Below, one piece after another: positions 1 through 9,111 of a DNA stretch of 64,000 bases; position 1 is the first letter of the stretch; every line of letters begins with the position of its first letter. The notes below the pieces were generated by a model. It was not told the origin of the DNA and did no database searches. It saw only the letters and a program-made list of their open reading frames with translations. The DNA lies in the IMG/VR virus record IMGVR_UViG_3300031669_000001, positions 1 through 64,000 of that record; one strand, written 5' to 3'. The translations under genes were made by a program, and so were the position numbers.

Positions 1-285
1 AGTCGGCAACTTCTTCAGGCAGACGTTCACGCTTGACCTTCTTGAGAGCGCGGAATACTGCACGAGCAGAGTCTTCCACGGTGCCAGATTTTTCCATCAG
101 GCTGCCGAGCAGTTCATTGCGAGAAGCCTTTGAAAGAAAGCGGAACAGATTGTCACCGCGAAGCTTGTTGATTTGTACGACGATGGCGTTCAGATCATCA
201 AGCTGAGCGTTCAGCTCAGCCAGTGCTACGTCATCTTGCGTGGTTGGTACGACGGTTGTGTCTTGGTCAGTCATTGTAAATCTCC

Positions 286-780
286 TTAAAGGCCAGGTAA
301 ATCTGACGTGGGTAGGAGTCCATCTCCGTAGAGAGATTCTCCATGAACCCGCATCAGGGTTGAAAAAACGTGCTTGTTGTAAATGCTGTACTGCTCTGGA
401 AAGCTCAAATTGTAAATTAAAGCGATAAACTTTGAAACTGCTGCTGATCTGGAGATGCCTGCTTCACAGTGAACTAGTGCGTAGACGGTATCGTCTTGAT
501 GCTTCTTCAGAAACTTCAAAATCTTCACAGCGTCATCTTCATTGAAGAGACGATACTGCGTCGCTTGTGAAGCGTTCATGTGAGATGGATCTGCATCATC
601 AAACTCAAGACGAAGAACATCTTTCCATGAAGCATCATGAAGGACCGCAGGCGTACAGTGTGCTGAAAGGCTATCAGGAACCGCTGGAGTCGTGATCGAG
701 ATCAACACTCGGTCATCTCGTCCTGACGGCTCTACAAACCTTTCAGCAGATCTTTTTGAGAAGAAGTTTGTATTTTTCAT
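286..780 (-). CDS. Cys-dependent protein-tyrosine/dual-specificity-like phosphatase
   Basis: HCxAGxSRS active-site loop (VHCEAGISRSAA); first gene after an early promoter. Confidence 0.8.
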   Translation of the reverse strand: MKNTNFFSKRSAERFVEPSGRDDRVLISITTPAVPDSLSAHCTPAVLHDASWKDVLRLEFDDADPSHMNASQATQYRLFNEDDAVKILKFLKKHQDDTVYALVHCEAGISRSAAVSKFIALIYNLSFPEQYSIYNKHVFSTLMRVHGESLYGDGLLPTSDLPGL

Positions 781-813
781 GTATTTTTTAAGTCAGGTTA
801 ATTCAGTTGATCA

Positions 814-843
814 ATTTTATCATCTATCTCGCAAAAAGTAAAC
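814..843 (-). promoter_or_regulatory. T4-early-like sigma70 promoter
   Basis: GTTTAC-18 nt-TAAAAT with extended TG; member of a repeated family. Confidence 0.7.
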
Positions 844-861
844 ATATATTTGCGCGCTGCG

Positions 862-869
862 TATAAATA
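862..869 (+). promoter_or_regulatory. T4-like late promoter
   Basis: Exact TATAAATA upstream of GAGG SD and ATG at 898. Confidence 0.75.
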
Positions 870-897
870 TTCGTAGATCTTCCTACGAGGTAACACA

Positions 898-1470
898 ATG
901 AAGCTTAAAGAATTCTTGCTCGAATCAACTATACAGTCAGCGACAACTCACATCAGAGATAATCTCTTCGAGAGTATCGTCGATTATCTTTCTCTAGTCA
1001 TCGCGCAAATTAACAACAAAAAGCCTGATGAACTCTTCAAACCAGGTCCAAACGCGCTCGATTTAGATCATCTCGCTACAATTCTTACGGGTCTCAAGAT
1101 CGTCGCAGATCCAGATTATCGTGCAGGTATCACAAAGCGAGATGTTGGTATGAATCCTAATGATGCAAAAGAACTCTTTAACGTTCTCAATCAAGTCGAC
1201 AAGCAAGGTAAAGATCCAGAAGCAATAAAGAACGTGTTCGTCGCTCTCTGTAAGTTAGCACCTCAAGCTCTCAAGCTTCAACGTTCTGAACTCGACATAC
1301 TCAGCGCTGGAGATGAAGCGGAGCGTAAACATGAAGCTCAATCTCTTCAACAGGTTCTTACAAAGGCAACTCAACTATTCAACAAAGTTCGTGTGTCAGC
1401 CACAAGCACTCGCGGCGTTGATGTACCATCCTTGGGTACTCCCGGTCACACATCCATTAGCACCAGCTAA
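898..1470 (+). CDS. Late protein, candidate internal head protein
   Basis: Late promoter and SD; N-terminus MKLKEFLLE-S resembles T4 capsid-targeting sequence. Confidence 0.65.
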   Translation: MKLKEFLLESTIQSATTHIRDNLFESIVDYLSLVIAQINNKKPDELFKPGPNALDLDHLATILTGLKIVADPDYRAGITKRDVGMNPNDAKELFNVLNQVDKQGKDPEAIKNVFVALCKLAPQALKLQRSELDILSAGDEAERKHEAQSLQQVLTKATQLFNKVRVSATSTRGVDVPSLGTPGHTSISTS

Positions 1471-2274
1471 CACTCCATTATCCGAATCATCAATCCTCAT
1501 CTTTTCACGAAGATGAGGATGTTTCAAAGCTATCAAGTGCCTTAATTCTTTATCTTCAGTCAGACCGGGATAATTTGCTTGCCGCAGGATCTGATCTTCA
1601 TCTCCCGATCTTATGAACATAATCATGGCGAGAACTTGATCTAGAACCGGTGTGCTTTCCATGATCACACAAAGCTTAGACACAAACAAGTTTTCTTTGG
1701 TGTACAGCTCAAGCTTATAAGGAGTACTGTAACCTGGGTATTGTGTTCTTTGAATGATAGATTGATCCTTCGTAAGCACAAACTTAAAGTCGCTTTCAGG
1801 GTGATAAACTTCTACTCCTGATCCTCCCAAGAAGCACCTAATCTCATCATTGAATCCTAAGCCCGTAATGAGCTTGAGACCTTTCTTTATGGCAGACCTT
1901 ATAGGTCTTGGATTCGGTCTCAATAACTTTCCAGCGACTTTTATGTTGTTAGCTTCAGCGTATAATCTCGCCTCATTCCAATTGTTCATCGTCCAAGTTG
2001 CACATGTTGTAGCCGTATCCCAGCCAGTGCCAGTCCAACTATGAATTGGAGAAGAACTTGTCAAGAATGAGAGGTAAATGTCATTCATGATGTCCTGTCC
2101 TGTCCTAGTAATAGACACAACATTGGTTGTTGAAGTTGCGATAACCCCATTGCTAATCGCTGATACGGTCCCCGACGGTCTAATGTTATTCACAAGGAAC
2201 ACAGTAGAATTAGTATCAATCACATTTGTAGGAACGTTGTGATTGTGAGTCGGAGATTCTGTTGGGGCTGCCAT
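1396..2274 (-). CDS. Hypothetical protein; partner of the GG-terminated protein
   Basis: 292 aa; TAATG overlap with upstream gene; low-complexity T/N/S N-terminus; C-terminal LCV...TP..DQ..A...AN segment. Confidence 0.7.
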   Translation of the reverse strand: MAAPTESPTHNHNVPTNVIDTNSTVFLVNNIRPSGTVSAISNGVIATSTTNVVSITRTGQDIMNDIYLSFLTSSSPIHSWTGTGWDTATTCATWTMNNWNEARLYAEANNIKVAGKLLRPNPRPIRSAIKKGLKLITGLGFNDEIRCFLGGSGVEVYHPESDFKFVLTKDQSIIQRTQYPGYSTPYKLELYTKENLFVSKLCVIMESTPVLDQVLAMIMFIRSGDEDQILRQANYPGLTEDKELRHLIALKHPHLREKMRIDDSDNGVLAGANGCVTGSTQGWYINAASACG

Positions 2275-2687
2275 TAGCCGCCGGCTATCTTACGAACTGC
2301 GACAGCCTTTGAGTTTGCAACCTTTGTCGGGTCACGCTCGATGACTGGATCAGCTTTTGATCCTTTGCCGAAGAGATTTGGACGGGCGAAACTTGCATTG
2401 CCGCTGCGAACCTGCTCTGCCACATCGCGATCATCAACAGACTTTACCATACGCTCGAATGCATCATCGTCGATGACAACATGTTCACACTTGTCGAGAG
2501 TCTCTTCCGTAACTTTAACCTTGCGGTAAAGCTTAACGATTGGAATCTTCTTTGTGGTGAAGAATGTGTAGCCTTCAGACATCTTCTTCTTGATCATCTC
2601 TATGATCTTGTCTTTGTTGTGTTCATCCCAGGTGATCGTGATGTCGCCTGAACCGTTCAGAAATGTGATGCTTGGTTGTTCGTTCAT
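2274..2687 (-). CDS. Hypothetical protein ending in di-glycine (possible ubiquitin-like)
   Basis: 137 aa, C-terminus AVAVRKIAGG-stop. Confidence 0.7.
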   Translation of the reverse strand: MNEQPSITFLNGSGDITITWDEHNKDKIIEMIKKKMSEGYTFFTTKKIPIVKLYRKVKVTEETLDKCEHVVIDDDAFERMVKSVDDRDVAEQVRSGNASFARPNLFGKGSKADPVIERDPTKVANSKAVAVRKIAGG

Positions 2688-2688
2688 T

Positions 2689-2919
2689 TTAGCTCCAGTA
2701 AATTTTACATTGAATTGAGGTGACAGATTTAAGCATCTCTGTCATTCTGTAACCATCACTTCCAAGGCGTCCAAGAATATCCTTAGCTTCAGACATCTCT
2801 ACAATGATGTATGCCTCGTATTCGCCTTTTTGAGCTGCAGCTTTAATTACCGATATCACATCAATATACCCCGGTAAATTAGCATCACGTGCGATCTTAT
2901 ATGCTTCACTTGCTAGCAT
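2689..2919 (-). CDS. Hypothetical protein
   Basis: ORF tightly packed in minus-strand operon. Confidence 0.6.
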   Translation of the reverse strand: MLASEAYKIARDANLPGYIDVISVIKAAAQKGEYEAYIIVEMSEAKDILGRLGSDGYRMTEMLKSVTSIQCKIYWS

Positions 2920-3293
2920 TTATTTTCTCCTAAGATTGTTGCGATGAAAGGCGCAGAATCTTTTACGGTCATGTACCTTGCATACGCTCCATTTGCATTC
3001 TCGATTGCCTGCTCCATAGCTTCTTGTGGAGAATTAGCCTTAAGAGTCATCGTTTTACTCTGCGTGATGATCCTAAAAACATTAACCTCATATTCTTGAG
3101 GTGCAAATGGGTCGGTAGAAACTTTTGCTATGCACCCACATTCGAATCTTGGACTGTTGTGATCATCACACCAATCACATCCCAAATGCGAAATTTGGCC
3201 GGCTCCCTTACAGTTACAGCGCTCAAGATCGTCGTTCTCTGGAGCGCGACCTGTTGCTTCCTCGAATATTTTGGCAGTGATTCTTTTAGACAT
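2913..3293 (-). CDS. Hypothetical protein with Cys/His cluster
   Basis: CNC...H.GC.WC..H...RFECGC; overlapping operon junctions. Confidence 0.6.
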   Translation of the reverse strand: MSKRITAKIFEEATGRAPENDDLERCNCKGAGQISHLGCDWCDDHNSPRFECGCIAKVSTDPFAPQEYEVNVFRIITQSKTMTLKANSPQEAMEQAIENANGAYARYMTVKDSAPFIATILGENKC

Positions 3294-3834
3294 CTTTCTT
3301 ATCCCAGTTGTAATTTTCTCTGATTGCTATCTCGTTTGGACGACCGTCGTCGAATGAGTTATTGATCCACCAGAAGGCATGGTAAATCTGCTTGTTGTAA
3401 CGATAGCGTTTCTCCACCGCGTGGAAAGATGCTTCATTGTAAAATGGTTTCTTATCCTTTAAGATCTGCCACAAATCCCACCAGGCTTGCCTGTCATCAC
3501 GTGATTGCGGAAGTTCAACAGTGTGCCATTCGCCCATAATCTTTCGGAGCATCTCTACATCAGTCGTCTTCTTTCCACGAGCAGATATCAAAGACCATCC
3601 TGCATCTTGATAATGTTCTTTTGGTGAACCATCGAAATACTTTGGTACCCAACCGGTCAAGTTTGCGAAGGTTGCAACTAATCTACTGGTGGCTAAGTTG
3701 AGACCTTTTGAGGCGTCAGCAGCCCCTTCATTAGTAGAAAATTCACCCGAGTTTCCTTCTCCTTGAACCTCTCCAGTAGCATCAGCGTAATCCTCTATCG
3801 CATTCCACAACTTTTCTGCATCAGACTTTTTCAT
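3286..3834 (-). CDS. Hypothetical protein
   Basis: 182 aa, operon packing. Confidence 0.6.
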   Translation of the reverse strand: MKKSDAEKLWNAIEDYADATGEVQGEGNSGEFSTNEGAADASKGLNLATSRLVATFANLTGWVPKYFDGSPKEHYQDAGWSLISARGKKTTDVEMLRKIMGEWHTVELPQSRDDRQAWWDLWQILKDKKPFYNEASFHAVEKRYRYNKQIYHAFWWINNSFDDGRPNEIAIRENYNWDKKDV

Positions 3835-4174
3835 GTTCGGCGCACCATTGACATTCTTGCATCTCTTGTTCTTGTTGCGGAACAGGATTACCGCAACACT
3901 CTCCAGAAAGTGTAGGACGATTGCAGCAGACAGCGATTGTCCTAACAGAAACTATCGCTCCACTTCCATCGCAATGAGGACATGCAGTCAGCAAATTGTA
4001 ATAGACGTACCACTTTGCATCTGCGACCTTACGGAGTTCTTCCCACTTAGGCCATGGCTTTTCAAGTGGTGGGTTGAAGCCGCCTTTCTTAGACAGATAT
4101 GTTGACGCTTCTACAACGGCAGCATCGTTGGCTGCCAACCATTCATCTTTAGCTTTCTGAAGTGTTTCGCTCAT
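3821..4174 (-). CDS. Hypothetical protein with Zn-finger-like Cys motifs
   Basis: CPHC.G.G, CC...CC, CQWC. Confidence 0.6.
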   Translation of the reverse strand: MSETLQKAKDEWLAANDAAVVEASTYLSKKGGFNPPLEKPWPKWEELRKVADAKWYVYYNLLTACPHCDGSGAIVSVRTIAVCCNRPTLSGECCGNPVPQQEQEMQECQWCAEHEKV

Positions 4175-4458
4175 CTTACAACTTCCTTTTCACGTTCCTT
4201 TGCCGGAGCAATTTCAGGATCGATTCGTTGCAAAGTTTCGAGAAGAAAACCTTCTCTTTTACCATCTGGTGCAAAATCTTTCCACGCAAGTGCTTCATCA
4301 AATGTAGCGTGACAACGTCTACAGTAACCTTCCCAACCGTCTGTGAACTTGGAGATTTCAACTATCGTGAAAATCAGGCCGATGCTGTTAGTGTTACCAC
4401 AGCAAGGGTCAGGATAAACAACGATGACTCTATCTCCAACTTGTAACAGCCTAGTCAT
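4171..4458 (-). CDS. Hypothetical protein
   Basis: ATGA overlap, operon packing. Confidence 0.6.
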   Translation of the reverse strand: MTRLLQVGDRVIVVYPDPCCGNTNSIGLIFTIVEISKFTDGWEGYCRRCHATFDEALAWKDFAPDGKREGFLLETLQRIDPEIAPAKEREKEVVR

Positions 4459-5142
4459 TTAAACCTTTAACAGGTTTGGGATGACAGCTCTGCTCATCCA
4501 ATGTTCATCTGTTTGGACGTGTCCCTTGCGAACCCACTTTGCAACCTTCTTGTCAAAGTCGTCAAAGCGAATTTCATCGACTATGCGAACGACGAAACCC
4601 TCTTGCGTGTGTGGATCCAACTCATCAGCCAGATCGTAGAGCACTTGAAGATTAAAGACGCCTCTGTAAAATTCTTCAGGCTGAACGATGCCTAACCTGT
4701 CAAACCAATCCGTCTGAGCGTCGACGCTGAGAGCTACGTTGCGATCATCCCAAATGGAGAAGCCGTAGAAGTAGCTCTTCAAGTCGGTGTAGGGAATTGA
4801 GTGTTGCGCGTACATGTTCTCGCCGCAAATTCTCCAACCATCAGGGATCATGTAGCTCATGTTTCCATGAAAACGTTTGATCCAGTCTCGAGATGGGTGG
4901 TGACGAGAATCCAAGCTGCGCGCGTGGAAGCCGTGATGATAGAGAGTAGTGTTTTCTCCATCCATCTTTTCAGTGACGATGACTTCCTTGCCGATCAGGC
5001 CTACAAGGCTCTCGATCAGGCGGTCATCATTCTGCAGCCCAGGGCTGAATGGAAGATGCATCGTGCGTGGGTATTTGACTTTCATTGCAACTCCTTGTAG
5101 ACGCTGATAGGATATGAATTTGGTACTTCCTTGTACCCACAA
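4459..5142 (-). CDS. RNA ligase family nucleotidyltransferase (likely start 5085)
   Basis: KYPRTMHLPFSPG, motif I EKMDGEN, ICGEN, YGFSIWD, EGFVVR, AKWVR. Confidence 0.85.
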   Translation of the reverse strand: MWVQGSTKFISYQRLQGVAMKVKYPRTMHLPFSPGLQNDDRLIESLVGLIGKEVIVTEKMDGENTTLYHHGFHARSLDSRHHPSRDWIKRFHGNMSYMIPDGWRICGENMYAQHSIPYTDLKSYFYGFSIWDDRNVALSVDAQTDWFDRLGIVQPEEFYRGVFNLQVLYDLADELDPHTQEGFVVRIVDEIRFDDFDKKVAKWVRKGHVQTDEHWMSRAVIPNLLKV

Positions 5143-5423
5143 TTCAACAACCTCAAATGCAATCTAGCATTCAAAATGCTCTCGACAAATACAGCTTCCA
5201 TATCTGCAGCTTTTGCATCAATCTCGGTTTGCGCAAGCCATGCAGTAAATAAGCCGCGTCCACGCTTCTTCTCATCAACATTTATGTTGGCTACATCAAA
5301 GCACTTCTTCACAGTGTCACCGATGCGATGCGCACCACGTCGAACATATATGCTCATGTCGTCATCATGCAACCAGGAATTTCTGAGTCCACTAGCCAAA
5401 AATTCCACAGCAGAAGTGCTCAT
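5082..5423 (-). CDS. GNAT-like acetyltransferase
   Basis: INVDEKKRGRGLFT resembles the acetyl-CoA binding R-x-x-G-x-G motif. Confidence 0.55.
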   Translation of the reverse strand: MSTSAVEFLASGLRNSWLHDDDMSIYVRRGAHRIGDTVKKCFDVANINVDEKKRGRGLFTAWLAQTEIDAKAADMEAVFVESILNARLHLRLLNCGYKEVPNSYPISVYKELQ

Positions 5424-5725
5424 GACTTTTTTGGTATGCGTGAAACGCGGTATCCCTGTCTTGCCGCATATTGCTTCAGCAAGCTAAGCTCAGGTGTCTC
5501 ATCATTCCAGTGCGTCGATGCTACTCGCTGATCAAGTCCACTACCACCACCAAAGGTTCGAAGAGTAACGTTGTCGTTGTGCACCTGTTCAACAACTTGA
5601 CCTAGACCGCATTGGATTCTTCCAGCAGACACTATCGCGTCATAAAGTGCATCTGCTTTTTTGAGAAAGTCTTCACGACCACATATTGCATCATTTTGAA
5701 ATACAAACACTGTACGAAATCCCAT
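5420..5725 (-). CDS. Early hypothetical protein
   Basis: GGAG SD; first gene after early promoter. Confidence 0.65.
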   Translation of the reverse strand: MGFRTVFVFQNDAICGREDFLKKADALYDAIVSAGRIQCGLGQVVEQVHNDNVTLRTFGGGSGLDQRVASTHWNDETPELSLLKQYAARQGYRVSRIPKKS

Positions 5726-5751
5726 GCTGTTCTCCTATGGTTGATGGAGTA

Positions 5752-5780
5752 ATTATAACACATCGGGCAGAAAAGTACAC
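5752..5780 (-). promoter_or_regulatory. T4-early-like promoter
   Basis: GTGTAC-17-TATAAT with TGTG extension. Confidence 0.8.
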
Positions 5781-5790
5781 ACTTTATATT

Positions 5791-6051
5791 TTAAACAAAC
5801 AGCTTCAATTGTTCAGAAAAACGATATGTTTCTGTCACAATCATTAAGTCGGCAGCTTTTGGAATACTAAAGTGTTTCCCTATTGGCAACCCAAAATGCT
5901 TAGTCCAAATGTCTCCGATGGCTTGATAGAGTTCTGGGTACTCGCTACGGAGAACAGACCCACCATCTGCAGGAATGTATTTCAAGTCTCTGGGAAAGTA
6001 AAGTGCAAACTCCTTTGGAAATAGGATTCCAGCCACTGGAAGAAACATCAT
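5791..6051 (-). CDS. Small protein with phage tail-collar-like motif
   Basis: YIPADGGSVLRSEYPELYQAIG resembles the collar-domain consensus. Confidence 0.5.
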   Translation of the reverse strand: MMFLPVAGILFPKEFALYFPRDLKYIPADGGSVLRSEYPELYQAIGDIWTKHFGLPIGKHFSIPKAADLMIVTETYRFSEQLKLFV

Positions 6052-6365
6052 AGCTTTCTAGCCAACTTTTCAGAGGCTTCAACAGCCTTCGCGTGAGAGC
6101 TGTATATTTTCTTGTAAAGATCTTCTGGCGCAAATCCAGGTGCAGCTTCTCCAGTCGAGTGGAAAAGCTCAGCTAACTGATGATGGATGGTGCACAGCGT
6201 GATGCCGTTTTCCTTAACGTATCCACCGTTAGGCATCTCATTTCGATCAGTGATGTGATGAGCGTCAAGGTCTGTTGTGATGTTACAGAAGCGACACTTG
6301 TGGCCGTCTCGCTTGAACACCGCGATCCTGAATGCATCTCTAACTGCTTTCTTCTTGCTACTCAT
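6048..6365 (-). CDS. HNH endonuclease
   Basis: VFKRDGHKCRFC...AHHI...NGITLCTIHH. Confidence 0.85.
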   Translation of the reverse strand: MSSKKKAVRDAFRIAVFKRDGHKCRFCNITTDLDAHHITDRNEMPNGGYVKENGITLCTIHHQLAELFHSTGEAAPGFAPEDLYKKIYSSHAKAVEASEKLARKL

Positions 6366-6511
6366 CTTCTACTTTCCTATAAATTCCGTCTTTCAAAGTT
6401 ATAACACCGTCATAGATTAAATCTGTAAGAGCTTTATGCAAATCAATGCTCAGAAATTGATCGTAGATCAATCCACTTTTATCAAGTTCATCTAAGACCA
6501 TTTGCCTATAT

Positions 6512-6835
6512 TCAAGCTTGTTCATATTTCACAACTCCATGTTTATCTTCAGCCTTAACAACTTGACCGTAGATGATCCTTGTCCAGCCGTTGTCATACC
6601 CATGATTGTTGCTGATGAGGTAACGATCTCCATCTTTCTTCGTGATCTTGTGAGCGTCTATGTAACGACCATTCACCTTACAAAAGACGATATCGTCTAT
6701 CTCGTAAACTTCTTTGCGCTCATACTCACACGTCACCGGGTTAGGTAGGATAGGCTTCATTGAGTTTCCAGCGCACTTCATCCTGCCCTTACCAGTCTCT
6801 TCAAGAGATCTTTTTAGGTTCTCGTACTTGTTCAC
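6512..6835 (-). CDS. Peptidase S24/S26-like protein
   Basis: GNSMKPIL, DIVFCKV...AHKI, D/N-N motif. Confidence 0.6.
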   Translation of the reverse strand: MNKYENLKRSLEETGKGRMKCAGNSMKPILPNPVTCEYERKEVYEIDDIVFCKVNGRYIDAHKITKKDGDRYLISNNHGYDNGWTRIIYGQVVKAEDKHGVVKYEQA

Positions 6836-7119
6836 TCGATGATTCCTCGCTTCAAAATTTCTTTAGCCTTGTTACAAAGTTCCGGTTGAATGTACCACAG
6901 AGCTTTCGTCTCTATGATCTTTGTTAGATAACCAACTTTTGATCTCCAGGCTGCAGGTAACGTGTAGAACGCGGAAGATCCTACCAAGTGTCTTCGACCC
7001 CTGTGGATAGCCCACGTCCACTTCCTATCTCCGTTAGGTGAAAGAACTTCTACGTCAACTTCCTTTATCTTCCTACAAGGATGCAACGCTGATATGAGGT
7101 ACATTTTCATTTGGTTCAC
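6832..7119 (-). CDS. Hypothetical protein
   Basis: ATGA overlap. Confidence 0.55.
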   Translation of the reverse strand: MNQMKMYLISALHPCRKIKEVDVEVLSPNGDRKWTWAIHRGRRHLVGSSAFYTLPAAWRSKVGYLTKIIETKALWYIQPELCNKAKEILKRGIIE

Positions 7120-8192
7120 ACGTTAAAGAATGCTGACACGATCGCCTGATTTGCGTTGACAAAATGCCACGCACCATAGAACATCAGACCTATGACACCG
7201 AGCTTAATTCCGAGGGCTATCGCACCATCGGTTTTGATCTCGACAATCTTGTCAGCGATGAAGAAGATGATGAAAGCTCCGACCATCGTAGTCAGTTCCC
7301 TGATACCGTAGATCGCGGCTGTTGTACCAAAGCCGATGAACACGACTGGTGTGATGACATTCATCAGAGCGTAATTTGCTCTGTCGTAGTAGCGACTTGA
7401 CAGGATGAGCAGTCCTACGAATCCTGCAAGACTACCTAACCAAAACGCGCCAGATTGAAACAAGTCAATGATAGGATAATGAATTCCAACTGCTCGATAC
7501 ACGGTGAACAGAATAAGTATGATCACGCTAGCAGATGTTCCACGATAGATAGAATCTTTATCATCGTAACCAAAGGCGTAACAAAGCGGAGTTACGACGA
7601 CTGAGAATCCTAACAGCGAGATGACAGCGGCCATCGTTAAAAAGCCTATCGAAGGCGCCATGAAGACTATAGCGAGAGCACCCCAAACGACAGTCAGAAT
7701 CGTTGAAAAGCGCGTCATGTTAGGTTTGAGTTTACGAACGTGTGCGCTGAAGGAGATAGCACCTGGTATCAGCAGCGATCCAATGATGAGAGCCCATGAT
7801 GAAAAATCGTCTGTTGGACCATGGCCGTGCATCGTATAATATGCCTTAACTATGAGACCCACAGTAAGCACCCACAAGCCCACCTCGATGAATGCAGTTT
7901 GTTCTAGCAAAGCCGCAACGATTCCTTTGAAAATGAGCAAGATCGCAGACGTAAGCAACACTACACCGATCACCCACAAGAAATTTTCAAGACTCACGTA
8001 GGCTGCGGCCTTCTGCAGCGTTGTGAGGCTGGGACATGCAGTATCAGCCAACGCTATCGCCGGCATCAACATCAAACTTGCTAATAATTTTTTCATGATT
8101 TTCCTTTTATTTCCTGAATTGGATAAATTACTCCATAGTTTCCACCGGTCTTCTTGCAGACCACCCACTTGAATTGAACTGGGTGACAGCAT
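7116..8192 (-). CDS. Multi-pass membrane protein (likely start 8096, MKKLLAS)
   Basis: Signal-like N-terminus and about 9-10 hydrophobic segments. Confidence 0.75.
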   Translation of the reverse strand: MLSPSSIQVGGLQEDRWKLWSNLSNSGNKRKIMKKLLASLMLMPAIALADTACPSLTTLQKAAAYVSLENFLWVIGVVLLTSAILLIFKGIVAALLEQTAFIEVGLWVLTVGLIVKAYYTMHGHGPTDDFSSWALIIGSLLIPGAISFSAHVRKLKPNMTRFSTILTVVWGALAIVFMAPSIGFLTMAAVISLLGFSVVVTPLCYAFGYDDKDSIYRGTSASVIILILFTVYRAVGIHYPIIDLFQSGAFWLGSLAGFVGLLILSSRYYDRANYALMNVITPVVFIGFGTTAAIYGIRELTTMVGAFIIFFIADKIVEIKTDGAIALGIKLGVIGLMFYGAWHFVNANQAIVSAFFNV

Positions 8193-8235
8193 TTGTCTGC
8201 AAGAGGCACAGCCAAAATATTCTTTCGTTCTTCGC

Positions 8236-9111
8236 TCATATCTCGAACACCTTATGCTTTACAAAATGTTGTGATTCAAACTCTTGACTCTTGTAGCCGA
8301 CGCAGTTGTTTACCAACAACGTTTCACCCACCAAAGTTTCCTTCTGATAGTGAGTGTGACCGTAGCACCACATCTTGATGTGTGGATTGTCCAAGATCAA
8401 GTCGCTCAGGTCGCTGTGATAGTAACCGTTACCTGCAGTGTTTGTAGCAAACATTGGGTTGCTCAAGCCTGGCATAGGCAAGTGATGAGTGATCACCACT
8501 ATCTTCTTGTCTTTGTTCTGCTCAATGATGATCTTCAGGTAATCACGATGCTTCATGAAAGTTTGCACCCACTTCTCACTCGTGAACCGGCTCCAACCCA
8601 TTTGAGAGTAGCTGTTAGTTTTTAGATCCAAGCTTTTCAAACCTGTATCAAATGCTATCTTGCCATCGTAGCGCATGTAACCCGGCATGTTGTACATCGT
8701 CAACGGATCAAACTTGTTCATGTCAGTCCACAACGTGCAACCAACGAACAACACATCTTCGTCAATCACCACGTCGCAGTCAAGAACCTTGACGTTCATG
8801 ATTCCTAGGTCAGCCAGCATGTTGTTGCACTTCTGACCGCCCTTCACGATAGACAGATACTTTTCAGTAGGCCAGTAGTCATGGTTACCGAGAACAATTA
8901 ACACTCGCTTGAAGTGCTGCGCGACGTTGCTGATCCAGGAATCCTCTGCGTGCATGATGAAGTGAGTACCAATCCACAGATCGCCAGCAAGAATCAGAGT
9001 AGTCTCTGCATCGTCAGGCATCTTCGGCGGGTACCACATGACATCGCGTGCCTCGTAGTGGTCTAAGTGCATGTCGGAATAAACTCGAATCTTCTTCATA
9101 GGTCTGTTCAT
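8236..9111 (-). CDS. Calcineurin-like metallophosphoesterase
   Basis: SDMH, AGD, GNHDY, THH, GHTH motifs; ATGA overlap with PurA-like gene. Confidence 0.9.
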   Translation of the reverse strand: MNRPMKKIRVYSDMHLDHYEARDVMWYPPKMPDDAETTLILAGDLWIGTHFIMHAEDSWISNVAQHFKRVLIVLGNHDYWPTEKYLSIVKGGQKCNNMLADLGIMNVKVLDCDVVIDEDVLFVGCTLWTDMNKFDPLTMYNMPGYMRYDGKIAFDTGLKSLDLKTNSYSQMGWSRFTSEKWVQTFMKHRDYLKIIIEQNKDKKIVVITHHLPMPGLSNPMFATNTAGNGYYHSDLSDLILDNPHIKMWCYGHTHYQKETLVGETLLVNNCVGYKSQEFESQHFVKHKVFEI

